From the IMG/VR virus record IMGVR_UViG_3300033073_000738, positions 1 to 64,000 of that record: a stretch of 64,000 bases of DNA. One strand, given 5' to 3'. The position numbers were made by a program, and so were the translations under genes. Below the pieces are notes generated by a model. That model saw nothing but the letters and a program-made list of their open reading frames with translations, did not search any database and was not told where the DNA came from. How positions within the stretch are numbered: position 1 is the stretch's first letter; each line of letters begins with the position of its first letter. This document shows, one piece after another, positions 35,534 through 44,385 of this stretch. The DNA comes from a virus. Taxonomy: Duplodnaviria; Caudoviricetes.

Positions 35534-35587
35534 GTCTTGTAGAACTCAACCGAAGTCTCTATTTTAGTTCTCTAAATGTAGAACTAT

Positions 35588-35698
35588 ATGAAACGAGCCA
35601 ACTGGACTTTTATTGCAACTTGGGTATTTATTTTAGCTATCACCTCTGTCATGTGGTGGTGCGTTATTAAAATATTGACAGATATATGGTCAAAGTAA
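35588..35698 (+). CDS. 36-aa membrane peptide
   Basis: MKRANWTFIATWVFILAITSVMWWCVIKILTDIWSK. Confidence 0.45.
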   Translation: MKRANWTFIATWVFILAITSVMWWCVIKILTDIWSK

Positions 35699-36114
35699 GT
35701 TTTGATTTTGATGAAACTCTTTCTAGAAAAGAGGTACAAGAATACGCAAAAGAGCTATTAGATCAAGGTATAGAAGTGTGGGTGGTAACCACCCGGTGGG
35801 ACGAGAACCATAAGCACAAATACGATTTCAATCCCACTTTAGACGATCTGTGGGAAGTAGTAGACAAACTGGGTATACCCAGACATCATGTAAGATTCAC
35901 CTGTATGGAATGGAAACATACTTATCTAGATGGTACCAACTTTATCTGGCACCTGGATGACAACCCCAGTGAATTTTCTGCTGCAAAAAACAATGGATGT
36001 AACGTTCCCATGATACAAGTAGACAGTAACGGTTGGATGCTGAAATGTAACCGGTTATTAAACAACGCTATAAACGCTATTGAAAATGGAGATAACAAGT
36101 ACCAAGACTTGTAA
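35686..36114 (+). CDS. HAD-superfamily phosphatase
   Basis: SFDFDETL, VTTR, K, HLDDN. Confidence 0.8.
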   Translation: MVKVSFDFDETLSRKEVQEYAKELLDQGIEVWVVTTRWDENHKHKYDFNPTLDDLWEVVDKLGIPRHHVRFTCMEWKHTYLDGTNFIWHLDDNPSEFSAAKNNGCNVPMIQVDSNGWMLKCNRLLNNAINAIENGDNKYQDL

Positions 36115-36250
36115 AATTTGTCACAAAGAAAAAGAACTCTATTGGTTTCACAAGAACATTCGCAGACCTGATGGGAAGAGTTATATGTGTCGCGTTTGTT
36201 GGTCTAGATATATAAGAAGATGGAGAACTAAAAAAGCAAAACGATTATGA
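36086..36250 (+). CDS. 54-aa C4 Zn-finger basic protein (below ORF track cutoff)
   Basis: KTCKICHKEK...F...DG...CRVC; ATGA overlap with the next gene. Confidence 0.55.
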   Translation: MEITSTKTCKICHKEKELYWFHKNIRRPDGKSYMCRVCWSRYIRRWRTKKAKRL

Positions 36251-36630
36251 CTAATTTCACTATTGATTTTTTTGAACTAAGCTTCTTAGCAGAAGCCTGT
36301 ATACCACCCAGACCTATTGCCAGAGCTTGTTTCTGGATCAATCTCACTGATAAATACTGGGCCCAGATGACAGAAAATGAGAGAGCTAGACTCTATGAGT
36401 GGCTGAACAGAAACATTCGTTATGAAGAAAGCCTGAAAGAAGAAGAAGACACCCAGATATTTGATGCCAGGTTCAATCCAAATAACCAGTATATGGTGTC
36501 TTATGATAAAGGTGATGAGAAAGGTACAGTGAGAGCATTCTTAAGAAACGATACATACTGGGTAGGTACAACAAAGTATATAACAGAAGAGTATATCACA
36601 AGTATTGAAAAACTAAATCTTACAGTATGA
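36247..36630 (+). CDS. Hypothetical protein
   Basis: IDFFE..FL.EACIPP.PIAR..FW. Confidence 0.7.
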   Translation: MTNFTIDFFELSFLAEACIPPRPIARACFWINLTDKYWAQMTENERARLYEWLNRNIRYEESLKEEEDTQIFDARFNPNNQYMVSYDKGDEKGTVRAFLRNDTYWVGTTKYITEEYITSIEKLNLTV

Positions 36631-37172
36631 TCTTAAGTGACAAGACTATCCTTCATGAGCTAAGATGGGGTAACGTTATTATCGACCCCTTTGAACCTAA
36701 GAACCTAAATCCTAACAGTGTTGATCTTACGCTGGCTCCTCACTTCAAACGTTATGTAGCTGATATCCTTGACACTCGTAAACCTAACGAGACTGAAGAG
36801 TTTGTCATTCCAGAAGAAGGCTACGTACTTATTCCAGGTGAAGTGTATCTATACGCCTGTAATGAGCGTATAGGGGTGAAAGATAACATCCGTGCCAAAG
36901 TAGAAGGTAAGTCTAGTCTGGGTAGACTGGGGTTGTTTGTCCATGTAACAGCTGGGTTCATAGACACCGGGTTTGTAGGTAGTCTTGTATTAGAGCTTGT
37001 AGCTACAAGACCTATTCGCATCTACCCTAATATGAAGATTTGTCAAGTAGAATTTGCTAGAGTAGAAGGTGAAATTATGGAAACCTATGATAAGAAACTG
37101 GGATCCAAGTACATGAATCAAACTGGAGTTCAAGAATCCTTAATGCACAAGAACTTTGATAAAAATGAGTGA
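36627..37172 (+). CDS. dcd: dCTP deaminase
   Basis: NPNSVDLTL, EGKSSLGRLGL, TAGFIDTGF.G...LEL, KICQ, KY..Q. Confidence 0.92.
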   Translation: MILSDKTILHELRWGNVIIDPFEPKNLNPNSVDLTLAPHFKRYVADILDTRKPNETEEFVIPEEGYVLIPGEVYLYACNERIGVKDNIRAKVEGKSSLGRLGLFVHVTAGFIDTGFVGSLVLELVATRPIRIYPNMKICQVEFARVEGEIMETYDKKLGSKYMNQTGVQESLMHKNFDKNE

Positions 37173-37608
37173 GCAAACAAAGAAAACAGCGTTGTACCTT
37201 GACGACGTCCGAACACCTACTGAAACTCTCCCTGGTTACAATGAATGGAACATAGTGAGAAACTACGATGAGTTTGTAAACTGGATTACCAATAATGGCA
37301 TACCAGATCTCATCAGTTTTGACCACGACCTTTCTAAAGAACATACAGACGACTACTTTTCACAAATCTCTCTCTATGGATTTCAATATCCAACTTATGA
37401 AAAGTATCAAGAGAAAACGGGCCTCGACTGTGCAAAATGGTTGGTAGAACACATACAAGCCAATGACTTAGTATTGAAGTCTTGCTGTATACATTCACAC
37501 AACCCCGTAGGTAGCCAGAATATTCACAGCTATCTCAACGGTTTTAAGAAGCACATGGGGTGGCAACAGGATTGTTTCATGATGAAACATCCCTTTACAA
37601 TCGGGTAA
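37165..37608 (+). CDS. Cyclic-phosphate-processing receiver (cREC-like) domain protein
   Basis: LYLDDVR.P, W..VR.Y.EF, ISFDHDL, TG.DCA.WL, HS.NPVG. Confidence 0.75.
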   Translation: MSEQTKKTALYLDDVRTPTETLPGYNEWNIVRNYDEFVNWITNNGIPDLISFDHDLSKEHTDDYFSQISLYGFQYPTYEKYQEKTGLDCAKWLVEHIQANDLVLKSCCIHSHNPVGSQNIHSYLNGFKKHMGWQQDCFMMKHPFTIG

Positions 37609-37629
37609 GTTAAAGAGAAAATAGAAACA

Positions 37630-37665
37630 AGAAAGGCACCAGTAAAATGGTGCCTTCTCTTTTTT
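37630..37665. terminator. Bidirectional terminator at the convergence of the two gene blocks
   Basis: AAGGCACCA/TGGTGCCTT with A- and T-rich flanks. Confidence 0.8.
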
Positions 37666-40600
37666 ATCTATTCAGTGATTCAAATCCTTTCACCGCATCT
37701 ATTGGGTGGAACGTCTTACCTGTATATCCAGAGAATGAGTTCACAATCTCTGCCAGTAATTTGGAATCACCTTCATCTTTCAAACCACTCTGGTCAACGT
37801 CTTTCTGGTAGTACAATTGTTTCTGATAGTCAAAACCTGGTAGTACATCAAGTGTATGAGATATCATCAAATTACCCATCTTGATGTATGAATTAGCTTC
37901 ACTCAAAAGCATAGACGGGTTGGACCAAATACGTTTTAATTCTTGAATATTGAATCCAGGTAGGAACTGTTCAGTCTCAGATTTCACTTTCAACAAAACA
38001 TAAAGAGCACTCTGACTACCCCATGATTTCTTACGCAGCTTTTTGAAACGATCCGGGTCATCTGGGTCGTAACCAAGTGCAAGATGATAGAGCAGTATAA
38101 TTGATAACACAAATCCGGCATCTGCAAGAGACTTCTTAATAGCTCTCTTTTCGTGTTCAGAATAGTTGTTCCAGTTAGCCACTATATTCAGCTTCATCTT
38201 GGCAATGTCTTTTACAAATGTCCTAAAGAACGTCAGATAAAAGCCTTCTTCTACAGACATGGATTCGTAGTTAACACGACGAACCCCGAGACGATTCAAA
38301 CCAAGAGGTATGAAGTACTTTCTGAAGAAGAACATCATACGACCAATACTGGTCTTCTCAGCATATGTCTTGTCTATCTTTGCATAAGAACCGTTTATCT
38401 TCTTCTGCATGGCATGCAACTTAGCCACATAGTCGCTGAACTGCTGAGATCCAAATTCAAAAACATCTTTGAATTGGTCTTTTACAACAAGCTTACCCTG
38501 CTTGTCCAGCTCCATGACGTCTAACAAATTCGTGTCTAATGCGTCAAATTCTTTCAGAGCTTCCAGACGTTTGTTTGTAATCTCTTCTAAAGACATGTTT
38601 TCACGGTCCCCCAGTTTCTCATTGACAAAGGTTTCTTTATCAATCATCTTACCCTGATACACTTTGATGTTTTTAAGAAAAGAGATGAATGCACTAGACT
38701 GAATCTCCCACTCACCAAATATCTTACCTGAGAATATACCCAGCTGAAAAGGATTCTTGACCTTAGAGAAGTTAGTGTTATGACCATACTCATTCTCAAA
38801 CTCACCCTGTATAGGGTCGAACACTTCAAACACTTGACCCCAGAAAGAACGATTACCCAGTTTACCATAGTCTGCCATCATATCATTTACTACAGATCCA
38901 TGTTTATCGTCCCCTTTAAAGAGCATTGCTTTATCTCTTGTAAACTGTGACATGTTAAAATACTGTCCGCCGGCAGCTTCTACAATGTTTTGTATGTTAC
39001 CAGACATCCAGTTAACCGTCCAGTTAAAAGGTGCTATACCCAGGGTGGTATAACTGGTCAATGCCATAAGCTGTGACACGGTCTTTTGTGTATTAACGCC
39101 TAATACGTCAAACCCTTTAAAATACTCCTCGTTGTACATCACAGAGTTTATAAAGCTCCTGAGCACTTCAAGACGAGTGTTACCCCCTTCGTTGATCTTT
39201 TGTTTAAGTTCTGGCATATACTTCTTAAACACTTTGTTGATCACCATGTTGGACGCCTCACTCTTAGGTTGATTCTGGGTATCTGCCAATATTTCCTCGA
39301 GACCGTTAACGAATGCCAGCTCTTTCTCAAGCTCTTTCTTACGGTTTATAGAAGCGTTATAGTTGAGAAACCCTGACCACACGTTATAAGACGCGTTTTC
39401 AGCCTCACCACGGCGAGAAAATCTCACCGGTACAAACTTAGCTTGATTGTTATCTATGGTCGCCATAAGCTGTAAATCGCTTATAGAAGACTCTGAGGTA
39501 CCTGTCTGGTCAATATCCTGGTCTGTACGGCTGAATTTCCGCCTTATACCCTGTATAATAGACTCAGCTCGGCTATTTACCCCCTGTTTGATATTCTCAC
39601 CCTTGGTCTCAATAGTACGCTCAGTGAGGGTCTTTTCCATAAAGGGTACAGCTAACCCCAATCTCTGGGAAAGTTCGATGTCTTCCTGTGCAGCCAGGGT
39701 GCTTGTGCTGATATATAATAGATTTTCATAATCTACTTTCTCAGCAGCTGTAGCTGTCTTGTTCCTCATCTTGGTTTCCAGATCTACGAAATCTTTCAGC
39801 CTATAAGGATGGTCTACACCATATTGCTTTCTGTAAACATCGTTAGCTTTTGGCTTGAACCTATTGAGAACATCTCTATTCTCGTTGTTCATTAGTTGTA
39901 CCTCCTCCCCTTTCTCGTTGGTATAGCTTTCTTTCATTACCCGTTTACGATACTGTAACCCAGGTTTTCTATCCAGATATTTAGCGTTGGGTTCAAATCT
40001 CTTCCAGGCATATATGGGGCTTTCGCTTTTCTTTACATCTTCGTCATCCTCGTAGAGCTTGAAATACTCAATGTTATGATTCTCTAGGTACCAAGGTGTA
40101 TTGGTAAATTCCTCATACAAGGATGCATCTTCATTTAGCTCATCTACACTTATACCCCTGGCTTCTGCAAACAGCTCCATTTGGTGCTGCATCTCTTCGA
40201 TGTAATACTTACTCTCAGACATTGTACGCATTGTACCAAGTTCGGCGTTGATCTCTTTCAACCTGGCAACTTTCAATGCATAGTCAGGGTCTGATTCAGA
40301 TCTTAGAAGACGTCTCACCTCAGCTTCTTTATGTATACTTGCTATAAGGTATTTGTTATACGGATGACCCAGCTTTTTCTTCATGTTCTCTTTAGCCAGG
40401 GTTTCCTGCTCTTCAGGTGTGTAACCATTGATACTGATGTTGTCACTACTGTCCATGAGAGAAGTACGCTCTTCTTCAAGCTGCTTCATCTTTATCTTCT
40501 TTTCAGAAGACATCAATTGAGCTTTGACTATACCATCTCTGTCCTTATAAGGACGTGTAAGTAGATTCAATTCTCTGTTTACCTCGGCAAGCTTTACAGA

Positions 40601-43600
40601 TTCTGTATTTTGCAATATAGCAGCCTTCTCATCAAGAAGCTCTTGCATACGTTGAAAATACTCATCTTTGATAGAAACCACTGTGTTCAACTCAAGCCAT
40701 TTCTTATACTGCTTGCTATTCTCACCCAGTTCAAGTTTCTTCTTATCATCTATCTTACGGAACATCTCCTCATCAATATAGTCGTCATAAAGCTTCTTAG
40801 AGTTTTCTTCATACTTCTCCAAAGCTTCGGCAATCTTTAGAGCATCCCCGGTCTTCATCTTATTCTTACTGTCCCGTTTTTCTTTTAGAGAGTAATATCT
40901 CTCCCATACTGATTTGATATCCTCTAGGTCAGAAGGAGATATTTCACCAGAAGCCCAGGCTTCTTTAGAATATTGCACCTGTATTTTCCTCAGGTCATCA
41001 AAAATGGCCCCTGTTATCTCACGTATTGTCTTGGTCTCTCCCTGGAAACTAACTGTCTGCTCAAGAGGAGCTGTCAGTTTATAATACTCTTCTGTATACT
41101 GTGACTCAAAATACTTCAGCTCAAAATCCTTCTTGGCTTTCTTAGCTGCTTTGATCTTGTCTTTGTCTTTCTCAGTCTCAGCATCTACCAGATTCTTCTG
41201 CAGAACAGCATAGTCATAATAAAGACGCTCGTCAAACTCACTCTTGAAGAACATCTGCTGCATCTCTTTACCATTATATGGATTGAGTACAGTGGTTATA
41301 TACACCAAACTTTCGTTCATCTTCTTTTGGTCAAGACCTCTGCCATACACTTGAGCACGCTTATTAAACTCAACTGAAGTGTTATCCCTCAGTTCTTTAT
41401 TCATCAAACGAACTCTGTCCAGGGTGGCTTTTAACTTCTTTGCAGCACCTGCTAATATGATATCAGGGTTGGATATTGTAGCTACAAGTTTACCAAAGAA
41501 CCAACCCACATCACCCTTGTCACCTTTTAAGAAATCAGTTATAACTGCTTCACTGGGTAGGTCAGCCATTTCTTGACGCAGTTTCTCCTCGAGTTTTTTG
41601 TCACCCCTTTGTTTGACAGCGACAATCATCTCTTGATACTCCCCTTTAAGATTACCTATAAGGTCATCAGAAAAACTGGTCTGCAACATCTTAGCAATAG
41701 TGGGCTCAATACTTGCAACATAGTCTTTACGAATCGCCTGGATAACCCCTATCAGTTTAGTAAGATGACTTACCACCGGATTATTCTGGTCAGTTGTTTC
41801 CATGTATCCCAGTAGCTCTTCAAACATTGTCTGATAACCAATAAGAAAATCTCTCATCTTACTGAGCTCATTTAACCTTTGACTTGCTGACTTGGTATCT
41901 GTAGGAGTAGTATTACGAAGCTCCTCAAAAGCTTTACTTACAGACTCTATTACAGGCACTGATAGATCCAGAACAGATAGAAAGTTCTTCTGTATCATCT
42001 CCATCTTGGACGCATCGTCGTTTTCCAACATACTTTCGAGTGTGGTCTTCAAGATGTCCTCTTGTACTCTCAGACTATTGGTTCTTGTACGTTGGTCAGT
42101 AATGAGGTCAAGTATCTTTTGTGCGTCCTTGTTCTTGGTAACAAAGTTTCTGAGCTGCTCCAAACGAGCTGTAGATTTTGTAAAAGCTTTCATAAGCTTT
42201 TCTCTGCTCATCTTATTCAGAAACGCCAACCGCTCATCAGGAGTAAGCTCTACTGTTTCACTATTAGCATCTTTATCCAGGTCAAGATTGGGAAACAAAT
42301 GGTTACCCAAACGAGTATCAAACTTAGAAGGAGGCATTTTCTCTACAGCAAACTTGTCAATCATGTTGGTCTTCTCATCCAACATATAGGGTATACCAAT
42401 GATCGCTGTATCACCCACGTTAAACCCGGCTTCCATAAGAAGCTTCTTGTATAAGGTAAGCTGCTGACCCCATTTATCAACCAGTCGACGTTTCTTGTTC
42501 TTGAGTTCATTCAATACACCAGGTTCATTCTTTACCCCGTCTTTTGACAAGAGTCGTATAACACTATGGAACTCCTCCAAAATAGTGTCTTTGTTGTCAG
42601 CTCTCTTTCTTAGATACTTGTTCTTAAAGTCATATATCTCAAGACTACCGTCAGGACGAATACGAATGATGTCAATGATGCCACCCATTTTAGAGTTACC
42701 TACAGCCACCTCATTAAGAAGTATAGACCCGTCGCTACGTAGCTCTTTAAGTACATCAACAATACCGTCTTTACCGAATATCATCTTGTTCAATGTCTTA
42801 CGGTCCATCATATTAAAGACAGCACTCAATATCTTGTTCACCTCTTCACCCATATCGTTGAGGTCAATACCTTGGTCTTTGTTAATCTCTTCAATGATTC
42901 TATGCATCGCTGTACCAAAAAGAGTCTTTCTCTTGTTCTCAGATGCCATAAAGAGAAGGTCAACTATCCGGGTAGAATTGTTGGTCATCTTTAACAACTC
43001 TTCCTTTGTAATAGCCTGGTTACTTATCTTGTCTGTAATCAGATCTACCAATGCACGAGCCACCTTTTTGTTGTCACCTAAGTCACCGGTGCTAAGCATT
43101 GTCAAGTCATCAAAATAGAGATCTTCAAAGCTGTCAAGAATAGATTCAATAACAACCGGGTCTTCTAATTCAGAGGTGAAGTCAGAACCCAAGGAGGCTG
43201 TTACAGAACGCAACAAACTACCTTTAACTGTTTTGGTTGTCTTATTACCCTGGTTATCTGTGATAGTCATGTCAAACTCTTCATCAGATGATGCATCAGC
43301 TTTCACAAGCATGTGCTTGTCTTCATCAAATGCTATGCTCGAGTTGAACTGTAGTATCTTCTGAAGAGTCTCTTTCTGCTTTTCATTCATGTTCTGAGCC
43401 TCATAAAAAGCTTTATCTTCATCAGACATCTGATTGTATATCTCATTACTGTTCAGGTTAAGATTGAGGTTGTCAATCTGCTCACTCATGAACATCTCTT
43501 TGAGAATCTCAATAGGGTCACGTTGTATCTTCTTACCCTTGATCCATTCTAATATCTTCTTTACAAGCTTTGTAATGAAGTTATCTTCCGTCTCACGACC

Positions 43601-44377
43601 CCTGGCAGCAATTTCTTTTGCCAGAGCTTCTTTCTTTATCTTGTCAAACCGGATGTTCCCCTTACTGTCTTTGTAGTTGGGGTTGTTCTTATATTGCTCA
43701 AAGGCTTTCTTATACGTATCAGTGCTTCTTATCTTGTCTAAAGCCTCCATAAGAGCTTCATCGTTCTGAGGCATCATATCAAGAAAGAAGTGTAAAGCTT
43801 CTTCTGGTAGAGCTGTATCTTCCAGACCACTTTGTACCATCACCATTCTTTTTGCAAAGTCTGCTATGGCATTGACACCATACTCTTTGATAACGTTGTC
43901 CTGACTAACTACAGAAACCCCTACTCTTTGTAAGAATCGTTTTGCGTAATCAGTCATTGTTAATGAGTCATTGTTATAGTTGAATACCATTCTGTTCCAG
44001 TTGTCCATCACCTTGTCATCAACTGTTACATAGTCTTGCATGTATTCTAATACAGGATAAGTCTCAGAGAATGCAGACAATTGTTGAGCTATATCCGGTG
44101 TGTCTTTTACCTTGTACCAGGTTTTACCCTTATCACGAATAGGTTCAGGATTAATCAGATCTCTTTCAGCAAGTGTTGCTACAACAGTGTCAGCTGAAAG
44201 CTTAGGAAGAGAATCCAAAGACTTCAGTACACCATTATACTTAAGAAGCTCATTTGCTTTGTTAACTGATGGGACAACTCCATTGTTTCTGAAAAAAGCC
44301 AACATTGCTTTATCTTCACCAATCTCACCAACTAACGATTTCCATTCACTTGATTTCTTGTTAGGACAGATTAACAT
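37664..44377 (-). CDS. Giant virion (ejected cargo) protein with zincin-like and PD-(D/E)xK nuclease domains
   Basis: 2237 aa. EEALH...EALA; GT.MH...E...GIIDII...IYDFK...QL.LY; C-terminal hydrophobic segment. Adjacent to the RNAP gene as in crAss-like phages. Confidence 0.75.
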   Translation of the reverse strand: MLICPNKKSSEWKSLVGEIGEDKAMLAFFRNNGVVPSVNKANELLKYNGVLKSLDSLPKLSADTVVATLAERDLINPEPIRDKGKTWYKVKDTPDIAQQLSAFSETYPVLEYMQDYVTVDDKVMDNWNRMVFNYNNDSLTMTDYAKRFLQRVGVSVVSQDNVIKEYGVNAIADFAKRMVMVQSGLEDTALPEEALHFFLDMMPQNDEALMEALDKIRSTDTYKKAFEQYKNNPNYKDSKGNIRFDKIKKEALAKEIAARGRETEDNFITKLVKKILEWIKGKKIQRDPIEILKEMFMSEQIDNLNLNLNSNEIYNQMSDEDKAFYEAQNMNEKQKETLQKILQFNSSIAFDEDKHMLVKADASSDEEFDMTITDNQGNKTTKTVKGSLLRSVTASLGSDFTSELEDPVVIESILDSFEDLYFDDLTMLSTGDLGDNKKVARALVDLITDKISNQAITKEELLKMTNNSTRIVDLLFMASENKRKTLFGTAMHRIIEEINKDQGIDLNDMGEEVNKILSAVFNMMDRKTLNKMIFGKDGIVDVLKELRSDGSILLNEVAVGNSKMGGIIDIIRIRPDGSLEIYDFKNKYLRKRADNKDTILEEFHSVIRLLSKDGVKNEPGVLNELKNKKRRLVDKWGQQLTLYKKLLMEAGFNVGDTAIIGIPYMLDEKTNMIDKFAVEKMPPSKFDTRLGNHLFPNLDLDKDANSETVELTPDERLAFLNKMSREKLMKAFTKSTARLEQLRNFVTKNKDAQKILDLITDQRTRTNSLRVQEDILKTTLESMLENDDASKMEMIQKNFLSVLDLSVPVIESVSKAFEELRNTTPTDTKSASQRLNELSKMRDFLIGYQTMFEELLGYMETTDQNNPVVSHLTKLIGVIQAIRKDYVASIEPTIAKMLQTSFSDDLIGNLKGEYQEMIVAVKQRGDKKLEEKLRQEMADLPSEAVITDFLKGDKGDVGWFFGKLVATISNPDIILAGAAKKLKATLDRVRLMNKELRDNTSVEFNKRAQVYGRGLDQKKMNESLVYITTVLNPYNGKEMQQMFFKSEFDERLYYDYAVLQKNLVDAETEKDKDKIKAAKKAKKDFELKYFESQYTEEYYKLTAPLEQTVSFQGETKTIREITGAIFDDLRKIQVQYSKEAWASGEISPSDLEDIKSVWERYYSLKEKRDSKNKMKTGDALKIAEALEKYEENSKKLYDDYIDEEMFRKIDDKKKLELGENSKQYKKWLELNTVVSIKDEYFQRMQELLDEKAAILQNTESVKLAEVNRELNLLTRPYKDRDGIVKAQLMSSEKKIKMKQLEEERTSLMDSSDNISINGYTPEEQETLAKENMKKKLGHPYNKYLIASIHKEAEVRRLLRSESDPDYALKVARLKEINAELGTMRTMSESKYYIEEMQHQMELFAEARGISVDELNEDASLYEEFTNTPWYLENHNIEYFKLYEDDEDVKKSESPIYAWKRFEPNAKYLDRKPGLQYRKRVMKESYTNEKGEEVQLMNNENRDVLNRFKPKANDVYRKQYGVDHPYRLKDFVDLETKMRNKTATAAEKVDYENLLYISTSTLAAQEDIELSQRLGLAVPFMEKTLTERTIETKGENIKQGVNSRAESIIQGIRRKFSRTDQDIDQTGTSESSISDLQLMATIDNNQAKFVPVRFSRRGEAENASYNVWSGFLNYNASINRKKELEKELAFVNGLEEILADTQNQPKSEASNMVINKVFKKYMPELKQKINEGGNTRLEVLRSFINSVMYNEEYFKGFDVLGVNTQKTVSQLMALTSYTTLGIAPFNWTVNWMSGNIQNIVEAAGGQYFNMSQFTRDKAMLFKGDDKHGSVVNDMMADYGKLGNRSFWGQVFEVFDPIQGEFENEYGHNTNFSKVKNPFQLGIFSGKIFGEWEIQSSAFISFLKNIKVYQGKMIDKETFVNEKLGDRENMSLEEITNKRLEALKEFDALDTNLLDVMELDKQGKLVVKDQFKDVFEFGSQQFSDYVAKLHAMQKKINGSYAKIDKTYAEKTSIGRMMFFFRKYFIPLGLNRLGVRRVNYESMSVEEGFYLTFFRTFVKDIAKMKLNIVANWNNYSEHEKRAIKKSLADAGFVLSIILLYHLALGYDPDDPDRFKKLRKKSWGSQSALYVLLKVKSETEQFLPGFNIQELKRIWSNPSMLLSEANSYIKMGNLMISHTLDVLPGFDYQKQLYYQKDVDQSGLKDEGDSKLLAEIVNSFSGYTGKTFHPIDAVKGFESLNR

Positions 44378-44385
44378 GTTCAGTA

